From positions 390,762-454,761 of IMG/VR virus record IMGVR_UViG_3300020429_000529: DNA of 64,000 nt; one strand, given 5' to 3'. Position numbers and translations under genes: made by a program. Positions 45,892 through 57,753 of the stretch are shown piece after piece. Each line of letters begins with the position of its first letter. Positions within the stretch are counted from its first letter, which is position 1. The DNA comes from a virus. A model generated the notes under the pieces. The model made no database searches. It saw only the letters and a program-made list of their open reading frames with translations, and was not told where the DNA came from.

Positions 45892-46671
45892 ATGACGACA
45901 GAAGTTGCCAAAGCCAAGACGCCCAAGGAAGTCATTACCTTCCTCAATGACGAACCGCGAGCCTTTCAGCGGCTCCTCATGATCTGTCGCAACGGAGGAA
46001 CAGGCAACGATGTCTATCGCCAGTTCATCTCCGAGTTTGAAGAGATGGAAGAAGAGTTCGATGCCCGCACGCTTATCAGCGCGCTCGTTCACAACAACCA
46101 AATCGAAATCGATGTCCTCTCGGGCACGATCGATATCACCAAGACCGGCGAGTCCGCTCTTTCTGAGTATGCTCTCGTTGCTCTCGAAGATGGCATTCCT
46201 CAATACCTGAGAGAGCCAGGCTATAACCTCGATGATCTCTTAGACGGAGCCTACAACATCTTCCAAGGAGGCAACGAGGTTGCGCTTATGCTCTGCACTC
46301 AGCAGGCGTCTCCGAAAGTTGGACAGATCATTTTCTCGAAGACCAACGAAGCAGAACTCCAAGGATTGATCCGCTTCGAGGTAGATTTGGAAGATGCTCA
46401 TATCCGAAACGGCTGCATAGACAAGAACGCCAAGGCGTATGAGATGATCGACTTCTACGCGATCATGCTGACGCTTGCAGGTCTTGATGTATCGATCTGC
46501 ATAAGAGAAGAAATCCTTGATGAGGACTACGACGAGGACTACGACGAGGATGATGAACCCAACTTCAAGACTGTTCATCAAATCGTTTTGTATGACCCGA
46601 AGAAGCCTCCCGAAAAGATCAGCGTCTTGAGCTTTACAGATGCGCTGAAGAAGTTAGGAGTAAAACCATGA
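45892..46671 (+). CDS. hypothetical acidic protein
   Basis: ORF. Confidence 0.5.
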   Translation: MTTEVAKAKTPKEVITFLNDEPRAFQRLLMICRNGGTGNDVYRQFISEFEEMEEEFDARTLISALVHNNQIEIDVLSGTIDITKTGESALSEYALVALEDGIPQYLREPGYNLDDLLDGAYNIFQGGNEVALMLCTQQASPKVGQIIFSKTNEAELQGLIRFEVDLEDAHIRNGCIDKNAKAYEMIDFYAIMLTLAGLDVSICIREEILDEDYDEDYDEDDEPNFKTVHQIVLYDPKKPPEKISVLSFTDALKKLGVKP

Positions 46672-47024
46672 CCGGACTCAAGCTCGACGAGAATGACCAG
46701 ATCACCAAGTTCTGCGCCAAGTGCGGAGAGACAAAGCCGCTCGATGAGTTCTGGAAGAACAAGACTTCGGTCGATGGCAGACAGACCTACTGCAAGCCGT
46801 GCCTGAAAAACTACGCGCCCCGCAAAACCTCCTCTCGCAAGTACGAGTCGAAGTATTCTCGCATCCGCATGCCAGATGGCACTCGCCGCAGAGTCCCAAG
46901 AGATCTGGTCAGCGTTGTGCGAAACGCGCAATCTAACCCGAATCTTGCCGATACTCCTACTGATGCATCAGGAGATCAATCCAGACAACTCGGGTCTGAC
47001 GAATCTGTCGCTCAGTCATCTTGA
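46668..47024 (+). CDS. hypothetical zinc-ribbon protein
   Basis: CAKCG...CKPC. Confidence 0.45.
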   Translation: MTGLKLDENDQITKFCAKCGETKPLDEFWKNKTSVDGRQTYCKPCLKNYAPRKTSSRKYESKYSRIRMPDGTRRRVPRDLVSVVRNAQSNPNLADTPTDASGDQSRQLGSDESVAQSS

Positions 47025-47175
47025 GGAAACCCTCAAAGACCTCATCAAGCTACTGAGGGAAGAATGGGCAGTTCGACCCGAGTCTGATGAGTATCAACGC
47101 ATGTTCTCGGAATACCAACGCATTTCAAAAGAAAGGGAGAGACGACTCAATGAAGAAGTGGATTCTGACATTTGA
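46963..47175 (+). CDS. hypothetical small protein (alternative frame overlapping the previous gene's 3' end)
   Basis: Good codon usage; coiled-coil-like. Confidence 0.3.
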   Translation: MHQEINPDNSGLTNLSLSHLEETLKDLIKLLREEWAVRPESDEYQRMFSEYQRISKERERRLNEEVDSDI

Positions 47176-47410
47176 CAAAGGCACGCCTCTGGAAGGACAC
47201 GACGCAGGCGATGTCTCTCCTCAGATTGCCGCTAACCTGACATACGAGCAACTCGAAGACCGAATCATCAAGTTCGCTAACGACCTGCAAGAGCCCATTG
47301 AGATCGAAGAGTCTCATCCGAGAATCCTTGTTGCTTTCATCTCGTGTAGCGATCAACTCAAGGATGCGCTTTCCGCCGAAAACTACGTTAGGGGAATCAA
47401 GCCAAGATGA
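47150..47410 (+). CDS. hypothetical protein
   Basis: ORF. Confidence 0.4.
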   Translation: MKKWILTFDKGTPLEGHDAGDVSPQIAANLTYEQLEDRIIKFANDLQEPIEIEESHPRILVAFISCSDQLKDALSAENYVRGIKPR

Positions 47411-47730
47411 GAGAAGAACGAACATACATCGATCCATCAACGCTCAAGGCCGATGCTAAGCCGTTCTCGCCAGAACAGGCTCTCAAGGCCCACTCGTCCT
47501 CTGTGAGCCGAGTGACGGAAGCGGTCAATGATGCCCTTGCTCAGCATTACGATGGCACAGGAAGCGTCACCGTCGCTCTGACGATGCACCGTCATGCAGG
47601 CGAGAAAGTCATCAATACCGTCATCGAGCGATACAAGAAAGCAGGTTGGACTGTTGAGTATGTCCAGGCTGCTCCCGGTTGGCAGGATAAGGGGATCGGC
47701 GCGCCGAGCCTCATCTTTACCAAGAAGTAA
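47407..47730 (+). CDS. hypothetical protein
   Basis: ORF. Confidence 0.5.
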   Translation: MREERTYIDPSTLKADAKPFSPEQALKAHSSSVSRVTEAVNDALAQHYDGTGSVTVALTMHRHAGEKVINTVIERYKKAGWTVEYVQAAPGWQDKGIGAPSLIFTKK

Positions 47731-47738
47731 AACCAGCC

Positions 47739-48254
47739 ATGAGCCTTGAAGACCTGCTCATGGGAACAACGGGATCATTTGATCCAGGAGATGCAGAAAT
47801 GACCGATGCCCTTAAGGATGTTGAGCCTCAGAACGGATGCTGCCAGACCTTCGCTCTCAACCATCAGCGCAAGGCAGAGCCTATCGCTCCTAACGATGCG
47901 AAGCTTGCTCCGTCTCGTACCGGCGAAGAGCTTGTTGCCATCATCAATAACCAGCTTGAGGATCGCTTTACCGGCGAGCCGCTTGTTATCAATGTTGGTC
48001 AGTTCGCTTACCATCTGCAGATCTCGCAGAAGGCGATCGATCATGTCATTGATGTGTTCAAGAAGCAGGGCTGGCATGTTCAGCAGACCGAGATCGATGA
48101 AGAGTCGCTTGAGGATAATGATGATCTCGGTCTTGAGAGCATGATTAACTCGATGGCGAATAGCCTCATGCAGGAGGTTGTGTTGCCTGATGGTTCGTCG
48201 TATGGCAATGCCAGTTCGACTACTCTGGTCTTCTCTTCTCGTCCGTTTGTCTAA
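47739..48254 (+). CDS. hypothetical acidic protein
   Basis: ORF. Confidence 0.5.
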   Translation: MSLEDLLMGTTGSFDPGDAEMTDALKDVEPQNGCCQTFALNHQRKAEPIAPNDAKLAPSRTGEELVAIINNQLEDRFTGEPLVINVGQFAYHLQISQKAIDHVIDVFKKQGWHVQQTEIDEESLEDNDDLGLESMINSMANSLMQEVVLPDGSSYGNASSTTLVFSSRPFV

Positions 48255-48338
48255 GCCGCCGTGGGCCTTGCCCATACCGACTGTTGGACCTACTGACCCA
48301 TCAGACCCATCAGACCCAACTGACCCTACTGACCCATG

Positions 48339-48375
48339 AGCCCCGCTCTGAATTTTCAGAGCGCTCCCGAGCTAT
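48339..48375 (+). terminator. hairpin plus T7 run (rho-independent terminator)
   Basis: GCTCTGAA/TTCAGAGC stem, then GCTCCCGAGC, then ATTTTTTT. Confidence 0.45.
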
Positions 48376-48429
48376 TTTTTTCCAGACAGCCCGAAACTCC
48401 GTTTTTCCAGCGACCCCGGCGCAGCGCAT

Positions 48430-48813
48430 ATGAAACTCACGCCCATGGACATCCTGGGAGAACAGAAATGGAAGGAAGCAACGCAGAAGAACCGCGAACG
48501 CTTCTCCGATCGAGAAGAGGACAAGCTCATCAACATGCTCCTGAAGGCGGGCGCTGACCTGAGCGAATCGATCCATGCGAACAGCTTCGGAGGGATGAGC
48601 ATCTGTTTCTCTACGATCGGGCACGTCGGCTCGGCTGACATTCGGATCGGCATCGATCAAGAGACCGGGGAGATCGTGCCCGAGACGTTCGAGTTCAACT
48701 ACCCCTCTCAAACTATTCCGCGAGAATTTGGACCCGAAACGATGATTACGGCGGTCGGCTCGGTCAAGCAACTCGTCCCCATCGGCTTTCATAAGGAGGG
48801 CGTCCCCTTGTGA
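48430..48813 (+). CDS. hypothetical protein
   Basis: ORF. Confidence 0.45.
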   Translation: MKLTPMDILGEQKWKEATQKNRERFSDREEDKLINMLLKAGADLSESIHANSFGGMSICFSTIGHVGSADIRIGIDQETGEIVPETFEFNYPSQTIPREFGPETMITAVGSVKQLVPIGFHKEGVPL

Positions 48814-49208
48814 AGAAGACCCGAGACATCGATCTTGGCGGTTTCGTTGTGAAGGAAGAGATAGGGACGGCGTTCGTGGACCCGAGCGCCGAGAGGACGC
48901 TGAAGCTCATGTCGATGTCCCCGTCAGAGAAGCAGTTCATCTTCGACCAGGTTCTCCGAGAATCGGGGGCCGAGAAGCAAACGACGGGCGTCGAGTTCTG
49001 GGGCGGCGAGACCGTCAAGTTCAGTCGGGTCACTTACTTCGATGGCGAGCGTTCGATGTCGATCGTCTACGACCTCGACGGTCGCCCGATGAAGAAGTCG
49101 TTCTCTGTGAACGAGAAGGGCGAGTATCCTCGGATTGTTGGCGGACCCGAGTGGAGCATCATCCCTTCGGGCGAGCGGGCGTCAATGGATAAGGTGTCTC
49201 CGATATGA
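48810..49208 (+). CDS. hypothetical protein
   Basis: ORF. Confidence 0.5.
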   Translation: MKKTRDIDLGGFVVKEEIGTAFVDPSAERTLKLMSMSPSEKQFIFDQVLRESGAEKQTTGVEFWGGETVKFSRVTYFDGERSMSIVYDLDGRPMKKSFSVNEKGEYPRIVGGPEWSIIPSGERASMDKVSPI

Positions 49209-49519
49209 GCAATGCGAGAGCCAAGATACAAGAGATGTTCCGTCAGAAGCGGAAGAACAAGCTGAAGGAACAGCTTCAGAAGAAGGGCGGGATCGTGACC
49301 AGAAAGAAGGTCAGCCGACGCTCGGATCAACCATCCTCTTCTGAGGAGCGCGAAAAACCGGGATGGTTCGTTGATCCTGTCGGTTCGGTGTCCAAGGGGT
49401 TCAGGCCTCTCGGCAAGATTGTTCGCAGGAAGAGGGCGTCCAAGGTTGTCAGAAGGTCTCAGTCGGGTTTGAGCAGGGGCAGGATGGTCAAGACGATGAC
49501 CCGCAAGGCGATCCGATGA
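49205..49519 (+). CDS. small basic protein, paralog set A member 1
   Basis: Contains GWFVDPVGSV. Confidence 0.5.
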   Translation: MSNARAKIQEMFRQKRKNKLKEQLQKKGGIVTRKKVSRRSDQPSSSEEREKPGWFVDPVGSVSKGFRPLGKIVRRKRASKVVRRSQSGLSRGRMVKTMTRKAIR

Positions 49520-49737
49520 GCGAGATGAAGCATCCGAGTTGGGCGGTCGAGCCGATCGGCAGGGTGCCCGAGAACATGCTGCCGACGATGGGCAGTCGTG
49601 GTCAGGGCGTGCCTCCGATACATGTCTCAAAGCTGCCTCAGACAGAAGAGACAGAAGAGATCTCCCGCCAAGGCGTGCGAGTGCGCATACCGAAGAAATC
49701 CGCCCGAGGAGGCCCTGTCATAGGACCGCCATCATGA
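49516..49737 (+). CDS. small protein, paralog set A member 2
   Basis: Contains SWAVEPIGRV. Confidence 0.45.
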   Translation: MSEMKHPSWAVEPIGRVPENMLPTMGSRGQGVPPIHVSKLPQTEETEEISRQGVRVRIPKKSARGGPVIGPPS

Positions 49738-49940
49738 GAAACCCCAACCTACCTCCTCCGAAAACAAGGGTCATCGGTCAATGGCCCGAGACGTTGCCCG
49801 AATGGTTTGTTTCGCCGATCGGGAGAGTCAAAGACTCGCACGAGCCTCTGAATAACCCGACAGACAACATCGACATTGAAGGCTCTCTCATGAGAAGGAT
49901 CAGACGAGAAAAGAACAAGCGGCTCAAGGCGGCGACATGA
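49734..49940 (+). CDS. small protein, paralog set A member 3
   Basis: Contains EWFVSPIGRV. Confidence 0.45.
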   Translation: MRNPNLPPPKTRVIGQWPETLPEWFVSPIGRVKDSHEPLNNPTDNIDIEGSLMRRIRREKNKRLKAAT

Positions 49941-50767
49941 AAAGACCTGAACAACCATCCCCTCTCAAGGGCGCGAAAAATATCACTTCGATCGCTCCTG
50001 GTTCGAGCGTTTCTTCGATGGGTCAGCTTACGAGCGGCATTACCAACCCCTGCGCCGCCATGACCTACAGCCGAGGGACGGGCAAATCGATCATGGCCCA
50101 AGAACAGGCTCGCAAGATGATCGCCCAACTCGTCTCGGACGGCCTGGCTCAGGAGCTTCTTGAGTTCGAGTTCTCGGCGGAAGAGAACCCCAAAGCGAAT
50201 GTTGTCAAGTACCTGCTGAAGCACAAGCCGACCGGCAGAATGATCGGCTCTTCGGACGGCAACGTACTCAAGGGCGCGCTCGACTATTTCATCGAGCATC
50301 CCTTCATGCTCCACAAGTATATCGAGCAGACGCATATCGAGAACTGGTCGGCGACGGATGAGGCGGACGACTATCAGGACCATAAGGTTCCCGATTTCGT
50401 CAAGAACGCGAGAAAGCTACCTGCCGAGGAGCGTAGCGATCTTGAATCGATGGCGATCATACTGTTCAACCTGCAGCAGAGAGCATGGTCGAAAACCTTT
50501 ACGCAGAATCCGCTTGAGCTTTTCTTTGAGCGGTATAAAGGCAACCCGTGCGGGGAAGTTGCGATGAGCGGGGAGCCGATGGAGACTCATACGCTGAAGT
50601 TGAGCAACAACATCCGCATGAAGTTCAAGAACTCGACGGGAGAACTGACGAGGCTCGAAGTGGACGGTAGAATCAACCCTCACCCGAAGCAGGTGAGAGA
50701 TGATCTGATAGAATGGGAGGCGGAAGCAAGGAGGTCGCCGAGCGGCGGTTCCATGCGTCCTGTATAG
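49937..50767 (+). CDS. hypothetical protein
   Basis: ORF. Confidence 0.5.
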   Translation: MKRPEQPSPLKGAKNITSIAPGSSVSSMGQLTSGITNPCAAMTYSRGTGKSIMAQEQARKMIAQLVSDGLAQELLEFEFSAEENPKANVVKYLLKHKPTGRMIGSSDGNVLKGALDYFIEHPFMLHKYIEQTHIENWSATDEADDYQDHKVPDFVKNARKLPAEERSDLESMAIILFNLQQRAWSKTFTQNPLELFFERYKGNPCGEVAMSGEPMETHTLKLSNNIRMKFKNSTGELTRLEVDGRINPHPKQVRDDLIEWEAEARRSPSGGSMRPV

Positions 50768-50780
50768 GGAGCCTGCCGCC

Positions 50781-51221
50781 GTGCCTCATACCGAAACCGA
50801 AGTCGAACGCACCTGTCTTACCGACGCTCTTTGCTGCGTGAACGATACCGCCAACGACCGAGACGTTGAGACCATCGCTCAGATGCTCAGCCACTATCAT
50901 CGGGACATTCCAACGCAGGTCTACGACGAAAGCAACGAAGAACTTCAATCCGAAGTCTACTTCAACGGCAGACTCGTCAGCAACCCCGACCGCATCAGTC
51001 ATCTCGAAGAAACGCTCCGCCGCGCTCGCCAGGACTACCTCGAAATGATCGAGACCTGGAAGAAGAACGCCGACGCTTTGGGCGTTGATGCGTCTGCTCT
51101 TGACGGCATGTTCGTTGAGCTTCAGTCTTCGGCTGACTACATAGAAGCCATCCTCAATGGCGACTATGATCGTGCCGCAATCATCGAGAAGGCCACCGCC
51201 CCCGAGGAAGACAATGGCTGA
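50781..51221 (+). CDS. hypothetical protein
   Basis: ORF. Confidence 0.5.
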   Translation: MPHTETEVERTCLTDALCCVNDTANDRDVETIAQMLSHYHRDIPTQVYDESNEELQSEVYFNGRLVSNPDRISHLEETLRRARQDYLEMIETWKKNADALGVDASALDGMFVELQSSADYIEAILNGDYDRAAIIEKATAPEEDNG

Positions 51222-52053
51222 AACCAGCGACATCGAGATGGGCGAGAAACTGGCGGACGCGCTGACTCGCGCCGAGATCGCAGAGGCTCGCGTCAAGGAA
51301 CTCGAAGCCGAGAACGACGAGCTTCTGAGCCGTCGCATCGACCGAGCCCTTGAGAGGCAGAACCGCCGTCTCCGCTTCATTCAGGAGAACGATGGTTCGC
51401 TTGAGATGGTGCTGACATCGCCAGCCGTTCGCATCCTCGCAGGTAGCATCCTCGAACTGTTCGGCGTCTTCGATGTCAAGAACTACATCGGTCAGACGGT
51501 CATGATCGGATCGCCGCTCTATCCCGAGAAGGCGTTCGAGATCGTTGTTCGGCGCAAGGCAGGTAAAACGCCGACCGAGGTTGCGGGCGAGAGGCTCGCT
51601 GTCATTAATCAGATGTTCGAGGATCTTGAGTATCTCAAGGGATACCCGCCGCCCGATGAACGAACAGATGAGGAAGGTTATCCATCTGAGTTCGTGTACG
51701 ACAAGTTTGCGTACAGGCGCATGGTCGATTCGTACCGAGAAGCCATCGGCAAGACGATCGAAACGGCGAAGAAGGGTCTTGAGGGCAGCACCAATCGGGT
51801 CGGTTCTCTCGACTCGATTCCGATCGATCAACTCAAGGACATCATCAGCGAGATCCCGACGACAGCGGACGGCAAGCCTGTCTACAAGGGCATGACGCTG
51901 TACGCTCGACCCGACAATCCCGAAGACGACTGCGTGGAAACGATGGTCTCAACCTTCTGGATTGGGGGCGCGAAAACTGTTTTCGATGACATGGATGACG
52001 AACTCAACATGGACGAGTGGTACTCGACTCCCGAAGCCGCAAAGCGAGGATGA
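51214..52053 (+). CDS. hypothetical protein with N-terminal coiled coil
   Basis: ORF. Confidence 0.5.
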   Translation: MAETSDIEMGEKLADALTRAEIAEARVKELEAENDELLSRRIDRALERQNRRLRFIQENDGSLEMVLTSPAVRILAGSILELFGVFDVKNYIGQTVMIGSPLYPEKAFEIVVRRKAGKTPTEVAGERLAVINQMFEDLEYLKGYPPPDERTDEEGYPSEFVYDKFAYRRMVDSYREAIGKTIETAKKGLEGSTNRVGSLDSIPIDQLKDIISEIPTTADGKPVYKGMTLYARPDNPEDDCVETMVSTFWIGGAKTVFDDMDDELNMDEWYSTPEAAKRG

Positions 52054-52059
52054 CTACAG

Positions 52060-52416
52060 ATGAACATTTCGCGCACAAGACTAAACGCCCTCATCGCTCT
52101 CGGTAAACGAGAGGCAGAGATCGGTCAGACGCCCGGTACAGGAACGAGCGACCAGTACCTCATCTTCCCGGGCAAATACAACCAGCAACTCGAATGGGCC
52201 GCTCAAGAGGGTCTCTGTCATCGAGGCATGTGCGTGTTCGAGAGGAAGATGTCTACGCTGACTGCGGACGGCATGCACATGCTCAAACCTGCTTTCAACC
52301 TGACTCCCGATGGGGTCAGCGTTGCTGTTCATGGAGAGATCGGAAAGAAAGTCTCTGCCGCCGCCAGAGACAGAACATTCGGCAAGACAAAGAAGCAAGC
52401 GGCAAAGTCCGCCTAA
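52060..52416 (+). CDS. hypothetical protein
   Basis: ORF. Confidence 0.45.
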   Translation: MNISRTRLNALIALGKREAEIGQTPGTGTSDQYLIFPGKYNQQLEWAAQEGLCHRGMCVFERKMSTLTADGMHMLKPAFNLTPDGVSVAVHGEIGKKVSAAARDRTFGKTKKQAAKSA

Positions 52417-52430
52417 TCAAGAGGAAGCGA

Positions 52431-54393
<1,963 letters not shown>

Positions 54394-54394
<1 letters not shown>

Positions 54395-54942
54395 TGGGCA
54401 ACGTCGATCTCCAACAAGCCTGGTCTCGCGTCGAAAGGATGTTCAAGTCCTACGGCTTTCCGTATAAAGTCGTGAGCAAGTCGCCAGGTATCTGTTGGAA
54501 CGGCGAGTACGGCAACATCATCGATCCTACGGGCAGCTACCGCAAGCTCAGCAACGCCATCCATGAGTTCTCTCATTGGATCGTCGCTGCCGATCGGCGG
54601 CGAACTCAACCAGAGTTCGGCTTGGGTAGCTGCCCCGATGCATGGGGAAGCGTTCGAGAAACAGTCAAAACAACCATCTCCTTCAAGGCCGCTGATCTTG
54701 AGGAGTCGCATGTCAGCGTTCTCGGCATCCTCATCGAGAAGACGATGGGGCTCGACCCGATGGATACGGCCATCGAACACAGTTGGGAAGACCCAACGAC
54801 TGAATACCCCGATGACGGCGATCCGATCGCTAACGACAAAACCTTTCAGAAGCGTGCGCGAAAACTTGTCGAACGAGGCATACTCCGAGATGACCTGACA
54901 TTTCCGCTTCGCAAGCCCAAGCTGACGGAGGTCGCAGCGTGA
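54394..54942 (+). CDS. hypothetical protein
   Basis: ORF. Confidence 0.5.
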
Positions 54943-55466
54943 TCTTCTATATCGTTTCTGCTGTTGCTCTGTTGATCGCGGCTCTCATCGTCATCGATGG
55001 TTTCAAGACCTGGGGCAAGAAGAGCGGTTTCATGCGCATCGGCGTAACGGCGGTCGTCCTGTTCCTTGGTCTCTGGTTCTTTGGTTTTATTCTGCACGGA
55101 ATAGCCGAGCCCACTCACAAACGGGTATTTCACAAAACCGTGAAACAGCCCATCGTCTCGATGCGATCGGCAGAGACAATCGAGGGACGCTTCACGTTGG
55201 CGACAGGCGTTGTTCACGGGTATCGCAAATACTACTTCATGCGAGACCTTGGCGACGGCTACTACGAAGAGTCGTGGGTGCGAGTCAACGTCTGCCGACT
55301 CAGAGAAACAAACGACGAGACGCCCTGCTTTTCGTATGACTGGTACAGGTCCGAGCCCCGTTGGTGGCTGCTGCCTGATTGGTTCCCGTATACCAACTAT
55401 GAGAAATACAACTTCCTGCTGACGATTCCAGAAGGAAGCATCATCAAAGAGTTTCGCCCGAACTGA
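54939..55466 (+). CDS. hypothetical membrane protein
   Basis: ORF. Confidence 0.5.
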   Translation: MIFYIVSAVALLIAALIVIDGFKTWGKKSGFMRIGVTAVVLFLGLWFFGFILHGIAEPTHKRVFHKTVKQPIVSMRSAETIEGRFTLATGVVHGYRKYYFMRDLGDGYYEESWVRVNVCRLRETNDETPCFSYDWYRSEPRWWLLPDWFPYTNYEKYNFLLTIPEGSIIKEFRPN

Positions 55467-55765
55467 TGCCCAATGAGACGAGAAAGATCGAACCAGGAGA
55501 CCGCTGCTACCAGCACAAAGACCGCATTGTCTTTGACTGCCCTGGCTGCGGACACCACCATTCGATCGTTCTCGGCAGATGGACATTCAACAACAACTTC
55601 CGAAAGCCCACGTTCGAGCCGAGCGTCCTCGTCAGATCGACATTCGGACCCGAGCGCGTTGATCGGAGATGCCACTCGTTTGTAAAGAAAGGCAAGATAC
55701 AGTACCTCTCGGACTGTACGCATAAGCTCGCAGGCAAGACAGTAGACCTGCCAGAGATCGACTAA
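55466..55765 (+). CDS. hypothetical zinc-binding protein
   Basis: CPGCGHHH...CHSF..C. Confidence 0.45.
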   Translation: MPNETRKIEPGDRCYQHKDRIVFDCPGCGHHHSIVLGRWTFNNNFRKPTFEPSVLVRSTFGPERVDRRCHSFVKKGKIQYLSDCTHKLAGKTVDLPEID

Positions 55766-55776
55766 GAGAACCAGCC

Positions 55777-55986
55777 ATGACCGCTATCCTCGATGAACTG
55801 TACGACGACTCCATGGAAGACGGACTTCCCCACCTCGTCTCGCCCATGCAGATGCTCGAAGCCGAAGATGACTTCGACCCCGAGAACGAGTATTGGCCCG
55901 AAACGCTCGAAGAGATCGACGCGGACATGGCTCGCTTCCGAGATGAAGACGACGAGTGGATGCCCGAAGACGGAGACTTCTCATGA
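55777..55986 (+). CDS. hypothetical small acidic protein
   Basis: ORF. Confidence 0.4.
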   Translation: MTAILDELYDDSMEDGLPHLVSPMQMLEAEDDFDPENEYWPETLEEIDADMARFRDEDDEWMPEDGDFS

Positions 55987-56174
55987 CTTTCAAACAAGGT
56001 CTCATCCTCGCTCTCGGCACGCTCTGCGGATCATTTTTCGCGCATTGGATCAGCGCCCTCGCAGCCCCCTGGCTCAGCGGATTCGCCGCCCTCGCCTGCC
56101 TCGCAGCTATCGTCTTCATCATTATGAAGAGCAAGAAAGATAGCGATGATTCGGACAAGGACTTTGACAAATGA
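55983..56174 (+). CDS. hypothetical small membrane protein
   Basis: ORF. Confidence 0.4.
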   Translation: MTFKQGLILALGTLCGSFFAHWISALAAPWLSGFAALACLAAIVFIIMKSKKDSDDSDKDFDK

Positions 56175-56596
56175 AAACAACGCTTTCAATCATCCTGACC
56201 ATCGTTTTTGTTTTCGCTTGCAGTTGCGCTTCAAGCAGCCCCATGAACTCGGCAGCATCTCTCGAACGAGCCCTGGATAACCAGGAACCGCTGCTCCCCA
56301 AAAGCATACTGCTCTCCGAAGAACAGTTTGTTCAGCAGTACCTCTCTCTGGACGAGAACGAACAAGCAGTCTTTCTCCAAGACTTCATGGACCAGCATAA
56401 GCCTTTCAGAAAGCTCGCCAGAGAAATCAGAGCGCAAGCAGAAGAGGCTCACAGCCAAGGCAACCATGAGGAAGCAGAAAGGCTCCGAGAACTACTGATC
56501 CGCTGGGGGAACGAACTTCAAACCGAACAATACTCGCTTCTCACGCAAGCATACGGACAAGCCATATCCGAATACGGAGAAAGGAAGTTCGACTGA
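56171..56596 (+). CDS. putative secreted protein or lipoprotein
   Basis: Signal peptide with VFACSC. Confidence 0.45.
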   Translation: MKTTLSIILTIVFVFACSCASSSPMNSAASLERALDNQEPLLPKSILLSEEQFVQQYLSLDENEQAVFLQDFMDQHKPFRKLAREIRAQAEEAHSQGNHEEAERLRELLIRWGNELQTEQYSLLTQAYGQAISEYGERKFD

Positions 56597-56799
56597 TGTT
56601 CTGCTCCAAATGCCATAACGATTTCCCAGGTAACTGCACCTGCGCCGACAGAGACGAACGACTCAACAAGATCATGGGCTCGCCCCATGTCGGGCTCCGA
56701 TGGTGCAAAGCCTGCGACCAGCACGCCGACCTCTGCAAATGCAAGGACGGACCCTCGACCGCCATCCGCATCCCCAAGCCTCAGAACCAAGAGACCTGA
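56596..56799 (+). CDS. small Cys-rich protein (2 x CxxC-x7-CxC)
   Basis: Eight Cys in a duplicated pattern. Confidence 0.45.
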   Translation: MFCSKCHNDFPGNCTCADRDERLNKIMGSPHVGLRWCKACDQHADLCKCKDGPSTAIRIPKPQNQET

Positions 56800-56800
56800 A

Positions 56801-57004
56801 ATGGCTCCGCAACCGCCAGACTGGATGATCCTCGTCGCGCTCGCCGCGATACTCCTGGGAATACTCTCGCCCCTGTTCATCCCAAGAGAAGTCATGGACT
56901 GGATCGTCGGAGGCGGCGTTCTCTTCATCGTTGTTGTCCTCGTCATCGGCTTCTTCCGCAGCCGCAAAGCCCCTCAGCCGCCCCAAAAGGAGATCGACCC
57001 ATGA
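56801..57004 (+). CDS. hypothetical small membrane protein
   Basis: ORF. Confidence 0.4.
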   Translation: MAPQPPDWMILVALAAILLGILSPLFIPREVMDWIVGGGVLFIVVVLVIGFFRSRKAPQPPQKEIDP

Positions 57005-57234
57005 GACACAGCGGCGGCGATCTTCTGGTCCCGATAGCCATCATCGCTCTGCTGGTTGCTATCTTCATGCCTGTCATCACGGGTCAAGCCCCGATGCCCT
57101 GGATCCCGATCATCATCGCCTCGGTCGCTCTTGTTGCCCTCTCGTATATCTGTCGCTTCATCCACAACAAAATTTGCGCGCACCTGGATAAACGACTCTA
57201 CCCGCCCCAAGAGGAGATCAAAGATGACAACTAA
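57001..57234 (+). CDS. hypothetical small membrane protein
   Basis: ORF. Confidence 0.4.
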   Translation: MRHSGGDLLVPIAIIALLVAIFMPVITGQAPMPWIPIIIASVALVALSYICRFIHNKICAHLDKRLYPPQEEIKDDN

Positions 57235-57529
57235 ACCCTCCCTGACTCCCGACGAAGCCAAAGCAGAAACCATCGCCGAGATCGAAGCAATCCTCCACGA
57301 ACATTCTGGCGGACTCAAAATGACCGCCCTCGTCGTCGAACTCCTTCCCCGAATGTGGAAGGCAAATGGCAAGATCACGCCGCCCAACGCAGATGCAGAT
57401 GACCTGATCGAAGAACTCGTCAAGGAAATGCCAAACGTCCATATCCTCGAATACGATTGGGACATGGAGAACAAACAAGGCAAAGGACACATCAGAGCCA
57501 AACAGTTCGTCTACACGAACTACGAGTAA
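57224..57529 (+). CDS. hypothetical protein
   Basis: AGGAG RBS. Confidence 0.45.
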   Translation: MTTKPSLTPDEAKAETIAEIEAILHEHSGGLKMTALVVELLPRMWKANGKITPPNADADDLIEELVKEMPNVHILEYDWDMENKQGKGHIRAKQFVYTNYE

Positions 57530-57536
57530 ACCAGCT

Positions 57537-57746
57537 ATGGCAAAGAATAGAAGAGTCGAGAAACGACGCTGCTCATCCTGCTCGGGAACAGGCAAAAAGA
57601 CCTGCTCCTTCTGCTTCGGAAAAGGCAAACGAGCCAACGGAGGAATGTTCGGACTCGGACTCATCGACGCAACGTCCCGATGCGCATACTGCTCGGGTAC
57701 AGGAAAAAGAACATGCTCCATGTGCCATGGGGCAGGAGAAAGGTAA
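57537..57746 (+). CDS. DnaJ-type CxxCxGxG zinc-finger protein (4 repeats)
   Basis: CSSCSGTG, CSFCFGKG, CAYCSGTG, CSMCHGAG. Confidence 0.6.
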   Translation: MAKNRRVEKRRCSSCSGTGKKTCSFCFGKGKRANGGMFGLGLIDATSRCAYCSGTGKRTCSMCHGAGER

Positions 57747-57753
57747 AAAAACC

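Noticed and set aside
49067-49630. 187-aa minus-strand ORF
   Set aside because: Antisense to the small paralog genes; R/S/P-rich.
50673-51380. 235-aa minus-strand ORF
   Set aside because: Antisense to + strand ORFs; S/R/A-rich composition.
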